Below, piece by piece: positions 6,166 through 14,323 of a stretch of DNA of 44,570 nucleotides (positions are counted from its first letter, which is position 1; each line of letters starts with the position of its first letter). A model generated the notes under the pieces. It was not told the origin of the DNA and made no database searches. It saw only the letters and a program-made list of their open reading frames with translations. Both the position numbers and the translations under genes were made by a program. Origin of the DNA: a virus; the IMG/VR virus record IMGVR_UViG_3300044961_000356. The stretch is one strand, 5' to 3'.

Positions 6166-6333
6166 GTCGGCGGAAATTTCACTCTTCCTCCCAAAAAACC
6201 AGCGCCAGTTCAAAAAGTTTATTCTCTTCAACACAGAAAACTTGGCGGTAAATCACTTAAAACAAAACGAATAAGATCTGAAACTCCTCGAGGTTTTGCA
6301 GAAGCTGTTTATCAAAAATATGGAGTCAATTAA
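6166..6333 (+). other. In-frame continuation (55 codons, no stop) of the methyltransferase reading frame after TGA 6163-6165
   Basis: Manual translation VGGNFTLPPKKPAPVQKVYSLQHRKLGGKSLKTKRIRSETPRGFAEAVYQKYGVN. It ends with TAA overlapping the helicase ATG (TAATG), as a full-length gene would. Confidence 0.6.
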
Positions 6334-8642
6334 TGCACAGCCTTACCCCTGAGCAAGCCGCAATCATTGAAGCAACCATACAAACCACAGATAATCTCAT
6401 TGTGAGCGCATTAGCCGGCGCAGCTAAAACTTCAACTCTCGTCATGCTTGCAAATGAACTGGCTAAAGTTAAGCCTGGTATGGAAATCCTCTGCCTTGCG
6501 TTCAACAAAAAAATAGCCATTGAAATGCAGAGCCGCCTTCCCTCAACCTGCCGCGCTATGACGCTTAATTCCCTCGGCTACCGAACTTGGGCATCTGCAC
6601 TTGGTAAATCTCGCCTCAAAGTCAACTTCAAGAAAAACTACGAGATCATGCAGGCGGTGATCGAAGAGCAAACCAAGAGCGACCAGAGAGAACTTTACCC
6701 CCGCATGACAGAACTCATGCGCATTGTTTCGTTCGGCAAAGCTTGCGGTTATATTCCATCTGGCGAGTGGGAAAATCGCGCTAAACGCCTTATGGACGAC
6801 TCAGAATTTTTTGCTCACATCGACCAAAAGCTTTCTTCTCTAGAGCAATCCATCATTCGGGAATGCAGCATCCGAAGCATCAAACTCGCTTTAAAAGGTG
6901 AGTGCGATTTTGACGATCAAATCCTGATGCCCACCTTGTTCGGCGGCAGCTTTCCTCTTTACAAGCTGACACTTGTAGACGAAGCTCAAGATCTGTCCGC
7001 ACTAAACCACGAAATGCTCCGAAAAATCTGCGGCAGTCGTAGACTAATTGCTGTAGGCGATCAATGCCAACCAGCCGGGACAAAAGTTACTGTTGTGGAC
7101 AGGCCTGGTGATCGTTGGAACGCGCCTAAGCTGCGTCAAGTTAATATCGAAGACCTTCAGGTAGGAGATAAACTGCTTGGCTATACCGGCGAAGGCTCCT
7201 TCACGTTCAACAGAACTGTCGAAGGCATTAGCCAGAATTACTACGAAGGCGAGCTTACGATAGTTGAAGTAGCTGGTAACACTTCCATCTATACAGAAAA
7301 CCATCACTGCTATGCATCCTTTGAGCCTTTTCGAGAACACTTCGCACTCTACCTCATGCGTAAAGGAAAATACTTTCGCCTCGGGCGCTGTAAGATGAAT
7401 TACGAATGTGGCGCCGGGCCAACGCGAAGAGCAATTGCAGAAGGCGCAGACGCTTACTGGCTTCTCGGCGTTTATCCAACAGAGCGCGAGTGTGCGATCG
7501 AAGAAGCGGTAGCGCAGGTGCAGTTCGGTTTGCCTGACATTACTTTCGTATGCCCCAACACCAACAGTGGCTTTGCGACCCAAAAGTTTCTCGATGAGGC
7601 GTGGGCATATATTTCTGCGTCAGTGGATCTCGAAGAGCGAGCGCATCAATGCCTTTCCTACTATAAGCGAATACCTGACTATCCCATCTGGAAGAAAGGC
7701 GCAGCGGCCAAGTTCAGTCTGCTTCGTCCGTCAATTGTTCATGCTTGCAATTTGATTACAGGTTGCCTCATGCTTCCTTACCGTGGACGGAGTAAAATCT
7801 TTGCCGAGCAATGGACGCCAGCAAACATAACGCGACAATGGGTCAAAGATCTCCCAGTCTATTCACTTACTGTAAGCCACAACAACCTTTACGTGGCTGA
7901 CAACATCGTTACGCACAACTGCCAGGCTATCTACGGTTTTCGAGGTGCGCATGAAAATGGCATGGAAGAACTGAAGCATAAGTTTTCCATGCGAGAACTT
8001 CATTTAACTACCAGTTTTCGATGTGCCAAAGAAGTTGTGAAAGCAGCTCAATGGCGAGCTCCCCTTATGCGCGCTCCAGAGTGGGCGGATGAAGGAAGTG
8101 TCACCACTCTTAATGCATGGCGGGCATCTGACTTGGCTGAAGACGCAGCAATTATTTGCCGCAATAACGCTCCGCTTTTTAGTCTCGCAATAAAGCTGTT
8201 AAAAGTCGGTCGCCCAGCAGAACTCGGCGGTAAAGATGTAATTCAACTGATCACTAAAATCATGGCAAAGTTTGGCGATCACAAAATGAAGCGGCAAGAG
8301 GTGCTCGACAACATTAACGCTTGGCTTGCGAAAGAAAAGTCTAAGACAAAAGAGCGCGCTCATGCAGCCCTGGAGGACCGCGCTAAGTGCATGGAAATCT
8401 TTGCGTTGCAAGGAGAAACTTTGGGCGATGCTTTGCACTACGCAAATCACAGTGCTGAGTTACATAGCCCCCTGAAACTTCTTACTGGCCACAAGTCTAA
8501 AGGTTTGGAGTTTGAAAACGTCTACTTTCTCGACGAACACCTAATCGGTCAAGAGGAGCAAGAGCCGAATATTCGCTATGTCATTATCACTCGTGCCAGG
8601 CGCAATCTTACCTACATCCAATCCGAAGGATATCGGGTTTGA
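6333..8642 (+). CDS. SF1 UvrD/PcrA-like DNA helicase precursor (769 aa) containing an intein
   Basis: Walker A AGAAKTS, motif II LVDEAQD, motif III split (VGDQ / CQAIYGFRGA), TSFRC, GHKSKGLEFENV, VIITRARRNL. Confidence 0.85.
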   Translation: MHSLTPEQAAIIEATIQTTDNLIVSALAGAAKTSTLVMLANELAKVKPGMEILCLAFNKKIAIEMQSRLPSTCRAMTLNSLGYRTWASALGKSRLKVNFKKNYEIMQAVIEEQTKSDQRELYPRMTELMRIVSFGKACGYIPSGEWENRAKRLMDDSEFFAHIDQKLSSLEQSIIRECSIRSIKLALKGECDFDDQILMPTLFGGSFPLYKLTLVDEAQDLSALNHEMLRKICGSRRLIAVGDQCQPAGTKVTVVDRPGDRWNAPKLRQVNIEDLQVGDKLLGYTGEGSFTFNRTVEGISQNYYEGELTIVEVAGNTSIYTENHHCYASFEPFREHFALYLMRKGKYFRLGRCKMNYECGAGPTRRAIAEGADAYWLLGVYPTERECAIEEAVAQVQFGLPDITFVCPNTNSGFATQKFLDEAWAYISASVDLEERAHQCLSYYKRIPDYPIWKKGAAAKFSLLRPSIVHACNLITGCLMLPYRGRSKIFAEQWTPANITRQWVKDLPVYSLTVSHNNLYVADNIVTHNCQAIYGFRGAHENGMEELKHKFSMRELHLTTSFRCAKEVVKAAQWRAPLMRAPEWADEGSVTTLNAWRASDLAEDAAIICRNNAPLFSLAIKLLKVGRPAELGGKDVIQLITKIMAKFGDHKMKRQEVLDNINAWLAKEKSKTKERAHAALEDRAKCMEIFALQGETLGDALHYANHSAELHSPLKLLTGHKSKGLEFENVYFLDEHLIGQEEQEPNIRYVIITRARRNLTYIQSEGYRV
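7065..7919 (+). mobile_element. Intein (285 aa) inserted in helicase motif III
   Basis: It starts CQPAGTKVTV (Cys1), has TENH (TxxH) at intein residues 77-80, and ends IVTHN followed by Cys+1. Excision restores VGDQCQAIYGFRGA. Confidence 0.8.
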
Positions 8643-8679
8643 GTTATGAGCCATATCCGGCATATCGTGCCCGATATGG
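8641..8679 (-). repeat. Copy of the conserved intergenic element (minus orientation), also a near-perfect palindrome CCATATCCGG-N9-CCCGATATGG
   Basis: The reverse complement ends GGATATGGCTCATAACTC, compared with GTATGGCTCTAAACTC at 25512-25527(rc) and 44463-44478. It overlaps the helicase stop codon. Confidence 0.65.
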
Positions 8680-8699
8680 ATCAAATCTCACAAAACAAT

Positions 8700-8728
8700 T
8701 TGACAATTTGGCTATTTTGTGCAAATAT
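8700..8728 (+). promoter_or_regulatory. sigma70-like promoter (TTGACA - 17 bp - TGc AAATAT)
   Basis: Consensus -35 at 8700-8705, 17-bp spacer with an extended -10 TG, -10 at 8723-8728, and 42 nt upstream of ATG 8771. Confidence 0.5.
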
Positions 8729-8770
8729 GACCCCGGCAAAATCGCCGTTATCCCATAAGGAGAATATCAA

Positions 8771-9304
8771 ATGCCCGAAGCAAAGTCCAAAGTCATTGAT
8801 GGTGACAGCTACATGATCTCTCAGCCGTATGAAGCTGGTCACGTCATCAATGAAATTGAAGCTCGTGTCCTGAACCAGACTCGCGCCGAGAATATTGGCA
8901 ACAATGTTCGCTCTACGCTGAAAGAACTTAAAGCGCAAGCCGAAGCGGAAGGCTGGACCGAGAAGAAGTTGACCAACGCCCTGGTCAAGGTCGTCGAAGA
9001 ATTGGACGCATCGTACGTGTTTACTGCAGCTGCTACTCGCAGCTCGGCTAAGCTTGATCCTGTGGAGAAGGAAGCGCGCAAGCAAGCTCGTGAACTGCTC
9101 AAGGAATATCTTGCTCAAACTGGACGCAAGCTTACTGTGCCGCCGGAAGGTATCACCGAGGAAGAATGGGCAGAGACTATTGAGAGTGAAGTGGATCGTA
9201 TTGCGGCTATCCCCGAAGTCATGGAAGCTGCACGTGAAACTGTCATGGCTCGTCAGTCGCGGACCGAAAAGATGCAGGCTGTGATCGGCAAAATATCCGC
9301 TTAA
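8771..9304 (+). CDS. Hypothetical charged alpha-helical protein (177 aa) in its own promoter-terminator cassette
   Basis: ORF track; AAGGAG upstream. It is flanked by the promoter at 8700 and the terminator at 9329. Confidence 0.65.
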   Translation: MPEAKSKVIDGDSYMISQPYEAGHVINEIEARVLNQTRAENIGNNVRSTLKELKAQAEAEGWTEKKLTNALVKVVEELDASYVFTAAATRSSAKLDPVEKEARKQARELLKEYLAQTGRKLTVPPEGITEEEWAETIESEVDRIAAIPEVMEAARETVMARQSRTEKMQAVIGKISA

Positions 9305-9328
9305 GAGCGCACAGAAGGTCGCGCTCGG

Positions 9329-9372
9329 CTCCCCGACATTGCCTGACTCCCAATGTCGGGGAGTTTCTTCCT
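9329..9372 (+). terminator. Rho-independent terminator
   Basis: Perfect 13-bp stem ctccccgacattg / caatgtcggggag, 9-nt loop, then tttcttcctt. Confidence 0.8.
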
Positions 9373-9427
9373 TCTACCATGCGGATATTTGGTCTCGAAC
9401 CTGATCTTACGCACCGGAAATTATTCT

Positions 9428-9643
9428 ATGAAATCTGAGTTGCTCGCGCTTCTTTACAGCGCAATCAACAGTCCGTTTGGCATTGTTGTAGAGACAGATG
9501 CGACTGAGCTGCTTCGTCAAAAACTTTATGCTCTTCGCAAAGAATATGCGCCAGAGTTTGAGCACCTTTCTTTCGTTGTAAGTCCTATCAATGGTGCTGA
9601 TCTATGGATACTGAACAAGGAACAAACCAGTGCCGAAGAATGA
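9428..9643 (+). CDS. Hypothetical protein (71 aa)
   Basis: Internal ATG of track ORF 9353..9643. The upstream part of that ORF overlaps the terminator hairpin. Confidence 0.55.
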   Translation: MKSELLALLYSAINSPFGIVVETDATELLRQKLYALRKEYAPEFEHLSFVVSPINGADLWILNKEQTSAEE

Positions 9644-9809
9644 AGAGTTGCAAAAGCATACGCTAAACCTGCGGGCCGGTGATGTTGAAAAGCTACGGGA
9701 TTTTTTCCCGGACATTCCTGCATCTAACCTAATCCGCACCATTATTAGCCGCTATGTCGATGACCTCGAGGGCGAGCGGAAACAACTCAACGTAAAGGTT
9801 TCCATATGA
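9630..9809 (+). CDS. Possible ribbon-helix-helix (Arc/CopG-like) DNA-binding protein (59 aa, GTG start)
   Basis: Manual translation VPKNEELQKHTLNLRAGDVEKLRDFFPDIPASNLIRTIISRYVDDLEGERKQLNVKVSI. AAGGA lies 8 nt upstream. The pattern is beta-strand then two helices. The stop overlaps the next ATG. Confidence 0.45.
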   Translation: MPKNEELQKHTLNLRAGDVEKLRDFFPDIPASNLIRTIISRYVDDLEGERKQLNVKVSI

Positions 9810-10018
9810 CAGACATTACTGAACTTTTCAGCCGCGATCCACTTGATCTGTCTCGTCAAGACATTGAGACAATCATAGCTAAGTTTCGGGAAAGTCGTAA
9901 GGCTTTCAACCTGGGCAACAAGCGCGCTGGTTCAACGAAGCCGCCGACAGCCAAGCAAAAGAAAACGTCGGCTTTGTTGGACAGGCTAAAACAGGCTGAC
10001 GTTAAAATCAGCATCTAA
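9806..10018 (+). CDS. Hypothetical protein (70 aa)
   Basis: ORF track. Confidence 0.55.
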   Translation: MTDITELFSRDPLDLSRQDIETIIAKFRESRKAFNLGNKRAGSTKPPTAKQKKTSALLDRLKQADVKISI

Positions 10019-10042
10019 GCAACAGCTACAAAGGAGTCATCT

Positions 10043-10984
10043 ATGCTTAATCTTAAATCTTTCGATGCTGACGGCATTCAATATGGATGGGACAGCACAA
10101 GTATAAAAGCGGTAGAGAAATGTCTCCGCTACTATTTCTACAAGCACATTGAAGGTTGGCAGCCTCGTCGCAAATCTGTTCACCTTCTCTTTGGCGGCTG
10201 GTATGCCAGTGCTCTTGAGTCCTATCACAGCTATGTTGCCGCGGGCATGGATAGTGAAGATGCGCTGATTGAAGTAGTAGCCGAAGCCCTTCAAGAGACT
10301 TGGGAATACGAAGAAGATGAGTCTGGTGAACCTATTCCGGGCACAGGTCATCCTTGGCAAAGCGATCACAACACCAAGACACGAGAGAACCTTATCCGCA
10401 CAATTGTCTGGTATATAGATCAGTTTGGTGATGATGACAATTGCAAGACTGTCATTTTGTCGAACGGCAAAGCTGCTGTTGAGCATAGCTTTCAACTTGA
10501 TGCAGATAATGGCATCATCCTTTCTGGTCACATAGATCGGCTTGTGGAGTTCTCCGGCAAAGTCTATGTCCAAGATCAGAAAACTACAGGTAACACAATC
10601 ACAGCCAAGTTTTTTGACAGCTTTAACCCCGACACACAAATGTCGCTTTACAGTTTTGCTGGTCGAGCGCTATTCGGCAATCCGGTTTCTGGCGTGATGA
10701 TTGATGCAGCGCAAATCGCTGTAGGTTTCACTCGATTTGAGCGCGGTTTCAGTTTTCGTGATGAAGCATCACTTAACGAGTGGTATGATGATGCTATGTA
10801 TCACATCTCTAACGCGCAACAAGCTACACGTGAGCGTTTTTTCCCCAAAAACACTACAAGTTGCGGCAACTATGGCGGCTGCGAATTTCGCAATGTATGC
10901 AGTCGTAGCCCATCTGTGCGTGAACAGTTTCTCAAGGCAGATTTTGAACGTCAACCTCAATGGGACCCGTTGGAGAGCCGGTGA
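10043..10984 (+). CDS. PD-(D/E)XK exonuclease, Cas4/RecB-like with a C-terminal Cys cluster
   Basis: GHIDRLVE...VYVQDQKT (D...D-x-K) and SCGNYGGCEFRNVC (Cx5Cx5C). AAGGAG upstream. Confidence 0.8.
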   Translation: MLNLKSFDADGIQYGWDSTSIKAVEKCLRYYFYKHIEGWQPRRKSVHLLFGGWYASALESYHSYVAAGMDSEDALIEVVAEALQETWEYEEDESGEPIPGTGHPWQSDHNTKTRENLIRTIVWYIDQFGDDDNCKTVILSNGKAAVEHSFQLDADNGIILSGHIDRLVEFSGKVYVQDQKTTGNTITAKFFDSFNPDTQMSLYSFAGRALFGNPVSGVMIDAAQIAVGFTRFERGFSFRDEASLNEWYDDAMYHISNAQQATRERFFPKNTTSCGNYGGCEFRNVCSRSPSVREQFLKADFERQPQWDPLESR

Positions 10985-11157
10985 TGACCGAAGTATTTAT
11001 TCACGTAAACTGGCCCGAATATAACATTTGCATAAACATTCGATGCCAGCGGGACAAAAACGTTTCGCCCCTTACTCCCGACGATATTGGGGACGCCGTT
11101 TGCGAAACGCTTTACACAATAATTTCAGCTGGAGGTGACCGATGCAGCGTGAATTGA
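10984..11157 (+). CDS. Hypothetical protein (57 aa)
   Basis: ATG 10984 overlaps the upstream TGA; part of track ORF 10960..11157. Confidence 0.45.
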   Translation: MTEVFIHVNWPEYNICINIRCQRDKNVSPLTPDDIGDAVCETLYTIISAGGDRCSVN

Positions 11158-11309
11158 CTATCCGCCTCTCACCTTTATCTCCAGCCCTTGAAGGTAAAAT
11201 TGTGCAGCTCGTCAAGCAAGAGTATAAAATCTTAGACGTAATTAAACAGCGTTTTGGGCAAGAGTCTTATATCTACCTTAAATTGGAGTCCAAAAATGCC
11301 AACTCTTGA
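11142..11309 (+). CDS. Hypothetical protein (55 aa)
   Basis: Manual translation MQRELTIRLSPLSPALEGKIVQLVKQEYKILDVIKQRFGQESYIYLKLESKNANS. GGAGG lies 6 nt upstream. Confidence 0.4.
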   Translation: MQRELTIRLSPLSPALEGKIVQLVKQEYKILDVIKQRFGQESYIYLKLESKNANS

Positions 11310-12060
11310 CCAGCATCAATCCGCAAATTATACTAAAATTCTCTACATGGGAGATAGCGGTAGTGGCAAAACCGGGAGCCTTACATCTTTGCTTGATGCT
11401 GGTTACAGTTTCCGTATTCTTGATATGGACAACGGCCTCGACTCCCTTAAGGCTTTCACCAAGAAAGAGAATTTAAAGCGCGTCATATTTGAAACTGTGC
11501 GTGACAAATATAAGTCTTCAAAAACTGGCCCTAAAGTTGATGGGACACCTAAAGCTTTTGTCAACGCAATGGACATTATGACAGAATGGTCAGAGATTGA
11601 AGACCCCAAGTGTATCTTTGTCCTCGACAGTCTTTCCGCGCTAGGTCGAGCAGCTTTTGCTTGGGCCAGTCACCTTAACCCAACTGCTAGAGACAAGCGG
11701 CAGGTTTATGGTGTCGGCATGAGTGCCGTTGAAGATGTAATCGCTATGCTTACTGGCGATAGCTTTAAAATGAACGTCATCGTTATTACTCACATTAAGT
11801 ATGACGAGGGCGAGGAAGGCACCGGCAAAGGTTTCGCTAATGCTCTCGGCAAGGCACTCGGTCCTATTATCCCGCGCTACTTCAATACCGCTATAATGGC
11901 AGAAAAATCTGGCAGCGGCGATAACATTAAGCGCAAGATTAAAACGATGCCAACTAATCTCGTGGATTTAAAAATCCCTGTTCCCGGCATTCAGAAAGAG
12001 TTTCCTCTCGAGTCAGGCCTGGCACAAATTTTTGCCGCGCTTCGAGGAGAAAAGGGTTAA
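11296..12060 (+). CDS. RecA-like P-loop ATPase (AAA_24 / Sak4-like)
   Basis: Walker A GDSGSGKTG and Walker B IFVLDSLS. Internal ATG 11296 has GGAG 8 nt upstream. It sits next to an exonuclease and an SSB-like gene. Confidence 0.75.
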   Translation: MPTLDQHQSANYTKILYMGDSGSGKTGSLTSLLDAGYSFRILDMDNGLDSLKAFTKKENLKRVIFETVRDKYKSSKTGPKVDGTPKAFVNAMDIMTEWSEIEDPKCIFVLDSLSALGRAAFAWASHLNPTARDKRQVYGVGMSAVEDVIAMLTGDSFKMNVIVITHIKYDEGEEGTGKGFANALGKALGPIIPRYFNTAIMAEKSGSGDNIKRKIKTMPTNLVDLKIPVPGIQKEFPLESGLAQIFAALRGEKG

Positions 12061-12105
12061 TTGGTTCTACCCTGCAGCCAAACGAACCAACCTAGGAGAA
12101 TACAT

Positions 12106-12561
12106 ATGGTTGATTTTGCGAGTATCCTCAACAAGAAGTCGAATGAAATTGAAAAGCCGCCTCTTCCTCCGCAGGGGACTTATCGTTTCAAGATCACCAA
12201 AATTCCCGAGTCTAAGGAAGTTGGTAATGGCGATTGGGATATGCTGAGTATTCCTTGCGTGGCTGTCGAGGCAATGGACAACGTTGATCTCGATGATTAC
12301 AAAGGCGAAGTTACCAGCATTCGTTTGACCAAAACTTTCTTGTTCAACAAGAACGACGAGGTTGAATTTGCTAAGACCGAATACGCCCTCAAGAATTTTC
12401 TTGAGCACCATGTCGCCGTCCTCGAAGAGGGAATGTCTATCGGCGAAGCTATCAATGCTTGCAAGGGCGCTGAATTCTTGGGCGATGTAACCTGGCGCGA
12501 GGACACTCGCGAAGAAGGTGAGTTCCAAGCAAATATCGGACGGACTGCTCCGATCGACTAA
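12106..12561 (+). CDS. DUF669-like putative single-stranded DNA-binding protein
   Basis: N-terminal PPLPPQGTYRFKI pattern, and a position directly after the AAA_24 ATPase. AGGAG upstream of ATG 12106. Confidence 0.55.
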   Translation: MVDFASILNKKSNEIEKPPLPPQGTYRFKITKIPESKEVGNGDWDMLSIPCVAVEAMDNVDLDDYKGEVTSIRLTKTFLFNKNDEVEFAKTEYALKNFLEHHVAVLEEGMSIGEAINACKGAEFLGDVTWREDTREEGEFQANIGRTAPID

Positions 12562-12605
12562 GTTAGTTGAGGAGGTTTTTCGTTCCCTTCCTCCCCAACC
12601 ACACT

Positions 12606-12652
12606 TGCCGCAGGCATCAGTTCACAAGACAAGTTGCCTGCGGCATCTTTTT
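12606..12652 (+). terminator. Rho-independent terminator
   Basis: Perfect 11-bp stem tgccgcaggca / tgcctgcggca, 18-nt loop, then tcttttt. Confidence 0.75.
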
Positions 12653-12663
12653 CGGAGAACTTT

Positions 12664-12843
12664 ATGCCTACACTTGTTTTCACAAAACATGGCTGGCTTA
12701 CTAGCACTTCTCAATACAGCACCGACCGTAAACAGGCTCGTGTATTCGAGTTTCCTCAAGCTGTTGAGGCCTGCACTCGTCTCTACTCTAACGGAGTGAT
12801 TGCAGTTCCTGTTCGTATTACTGATTTAGGGTATATGAAATGA
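12664..12843 (+). CDS. Hypothetical protein (59 aa)
   Basis: Internal ATG of track ORF 12634..12843, downstream of the terminator. The stop overlaps the next ATG. Confidence 0.5.
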   Translation: MPTLVFTKHGWLTSTSQYSTDRKQARVFEFPQAVEACTRLYSNGVIAVPVRITDLGYMK

Positions 12844-14141
12844 CCAGCGCCCGGTTTACAGCATATCCAATTGCTTCAATATTCATTGATCGTGAAGCTC
12901 GTCAGCGAAAAAAGCTTGCTAATATAGACGAGCTCGCAGACAGCATTGCTCGCCTGGGCTTAATCAACCCAATCGTTATTGACGAGAACGGAACTCTTGT
13001 TGCAGGAGAGCGCCGCCTCACCGCTTGTATTCAACTCGGCTGGGATAATATCCCTGTTCAATTTGCAGAAGACCTTGATGAATACACTCTTCAGTGCATC
13101 GAGTTCGAAGAAAACGTAAAGCGTAGTGACCTCGAATGGCAAGAAGAAGTAGCTGCAGTAGCGAGGCTTCACGCGCTAAAAGTAGCAAACGAACCTGACT
13201 GGTCAATTGAAGATACCGCTGACTTGATTGGCAGTAGTAGAAACTATGTTGGCCAACGAATAGCTGTCGCTAAAGCTCTTGATAATCCTACAGTAGCTAA
13301 AGCAGACACATTTAGCACTGCACTCAACATAACCAAGCGCGATGCTGAGCGGAAAAAATCCAACATATTAGACACCATTTCTGGCAGTCTTCCGGGCATC
13401 ACTCAAAATCAACCTACCGATGAAGAATTGGAAAACTGGGATAAGCCACGTCCGGAAAAAATAATCCCTCTAATCAATGAAAGCTTCATTGACTGGCAAG
13501 CAAGTTACAGCGGAACCAAGTTCAACTTAATCCATTGCGACTTTCCTTACGGCATTAACGTAGCAAATGCTCCACGAATGAAAGCTGCAATTACAGATTA
13601 TTACGAGGATAGTCCTGATATATATTGGACGCTCGTTGCTACATTGGCTGGCGCAATGGAGAATGTAGTTGCAGAAAGTGCGCATTTGATTTTTTGGTTC
13701 AGTCCAAAATACTACGCAGACACAAAAGAGTCTTTGCAGCGCATGGGATGGAAAATTGCGGACTACCCGCTTATTTGGCATAAGAGCGATAACACAGGTG
13801 TAGCTCCTGATCCTCAACGTGGCCCTCGCCAAACTTACGAGATGGCGTTTTTCGGTGTGCGCGGTGACAGAAAACTAACTGCAACAGGCACAAAAGCAAA
13901 TAGCTTTGCTCATCCAGGTAAACGCACTGATGCCATCCATGTAAGCGAAAAACCTTGCGCTATGCTCCGACATTTTCTCTCAATGGTTTGTGACGATTAC
14001 AGCTATGTGCTCGATCCAACTTGCGGAAGCGGCAATGCGATTAAAGTAGCCCAGGACCTCGGCGCAAGTAAAGTTCTGGGAATTGAGCAGTTACCTGAAT
14101 TTTACCAAATTGCTTGCGACAACTGGGACCGTCGGACATGA
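12840..14141 (+). CDS. ParB-like nuclease domain fused to an N6-adenine/N4-cytosine DNA methyltransferase (beta class)
   Basis: N-terminal ParB-like segment LGLINPIVIDENGTLVAGERRL, motif IV IHCDFPYG (DPPY-like), and motif I VLDPTCGSGN placed after motif IV. Confidence 0.85.
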   Translation: MTSARFTAYPIASIFIDREARQRKKLANIDELADSIARLGLINPIVIDENGTLVAGERRLTACIQLGWDNIPVQFAEDLDEYTLQCIEFEENVKRSDLEWQEEVAAVARLHALKVANEPDWSIEDTADLIGSSRNYVGQRIAVAKALDNPTVAKADTFSTALNITKRDAERKKSNILDTISGSLPGITQNQPTDEELENWDKPRPEKIIPLINESFIDWQASYSGTKFNLIHCDFPYGINVANAPRMKAAITDYYEDSPDIYWTLVATLAGAMENVVAESAHLIFWFSPKYYADTKESLQRMGWKIADYPLIWHKSDNTGVAPDPQRGPRQTYEMAFFGVRGDRKLTATGTKANSFAHPGKRTDAIHVSEKPCAMLRHFLSMVCDDYSYVLDPTCGSGNAIKVAQDLGASKVLGIEQLPEFYQIACDNWDRRT

Positions 14142-14323
14142 GCACTTATCCAAAGATGCTTGCTGATCGTTTCACTTTGCAGGCAAAAGCGGCGAATATT
14201 TCGCCTCATCGCTTATTGCTTGACGAGTTCACCAGTCTACAGCAAGCCTATTTCGCTGCGTTGAAACTTTTGCTTGAGGAAAAGCCGAATGAAGATTGCA
14301 ATAGTCGGCGAAGCTCCAAGTGA
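14138..14323 (+). CDS. Possible small protein (61 aa)
   Basis: ATGA overlap with the methyltransferase stop; overlaps the next gene by 35 nt. Confidence 0.35.
   Translation: MSTYPKMLADRFTLQAKAANISPHRLLLDEFTSLQQAYFAALKLLLEEKPNEDCNSRRSSK

Noticed and set aside
9353-9427. An N-terminal extension of ORF 9353..9643
   Set aside because: The extension would be translated from the terminator hairpin itself (9329-9372). The internal ATG 9428 is taken as the start.
10037-10639. A 200-aa minus-strand ORF
   Set aside because: It is antisense to the Cas4-like exonuclease gene, whose motifs are clear, and it lies inside the otherwise uniformly plus-strand arm.
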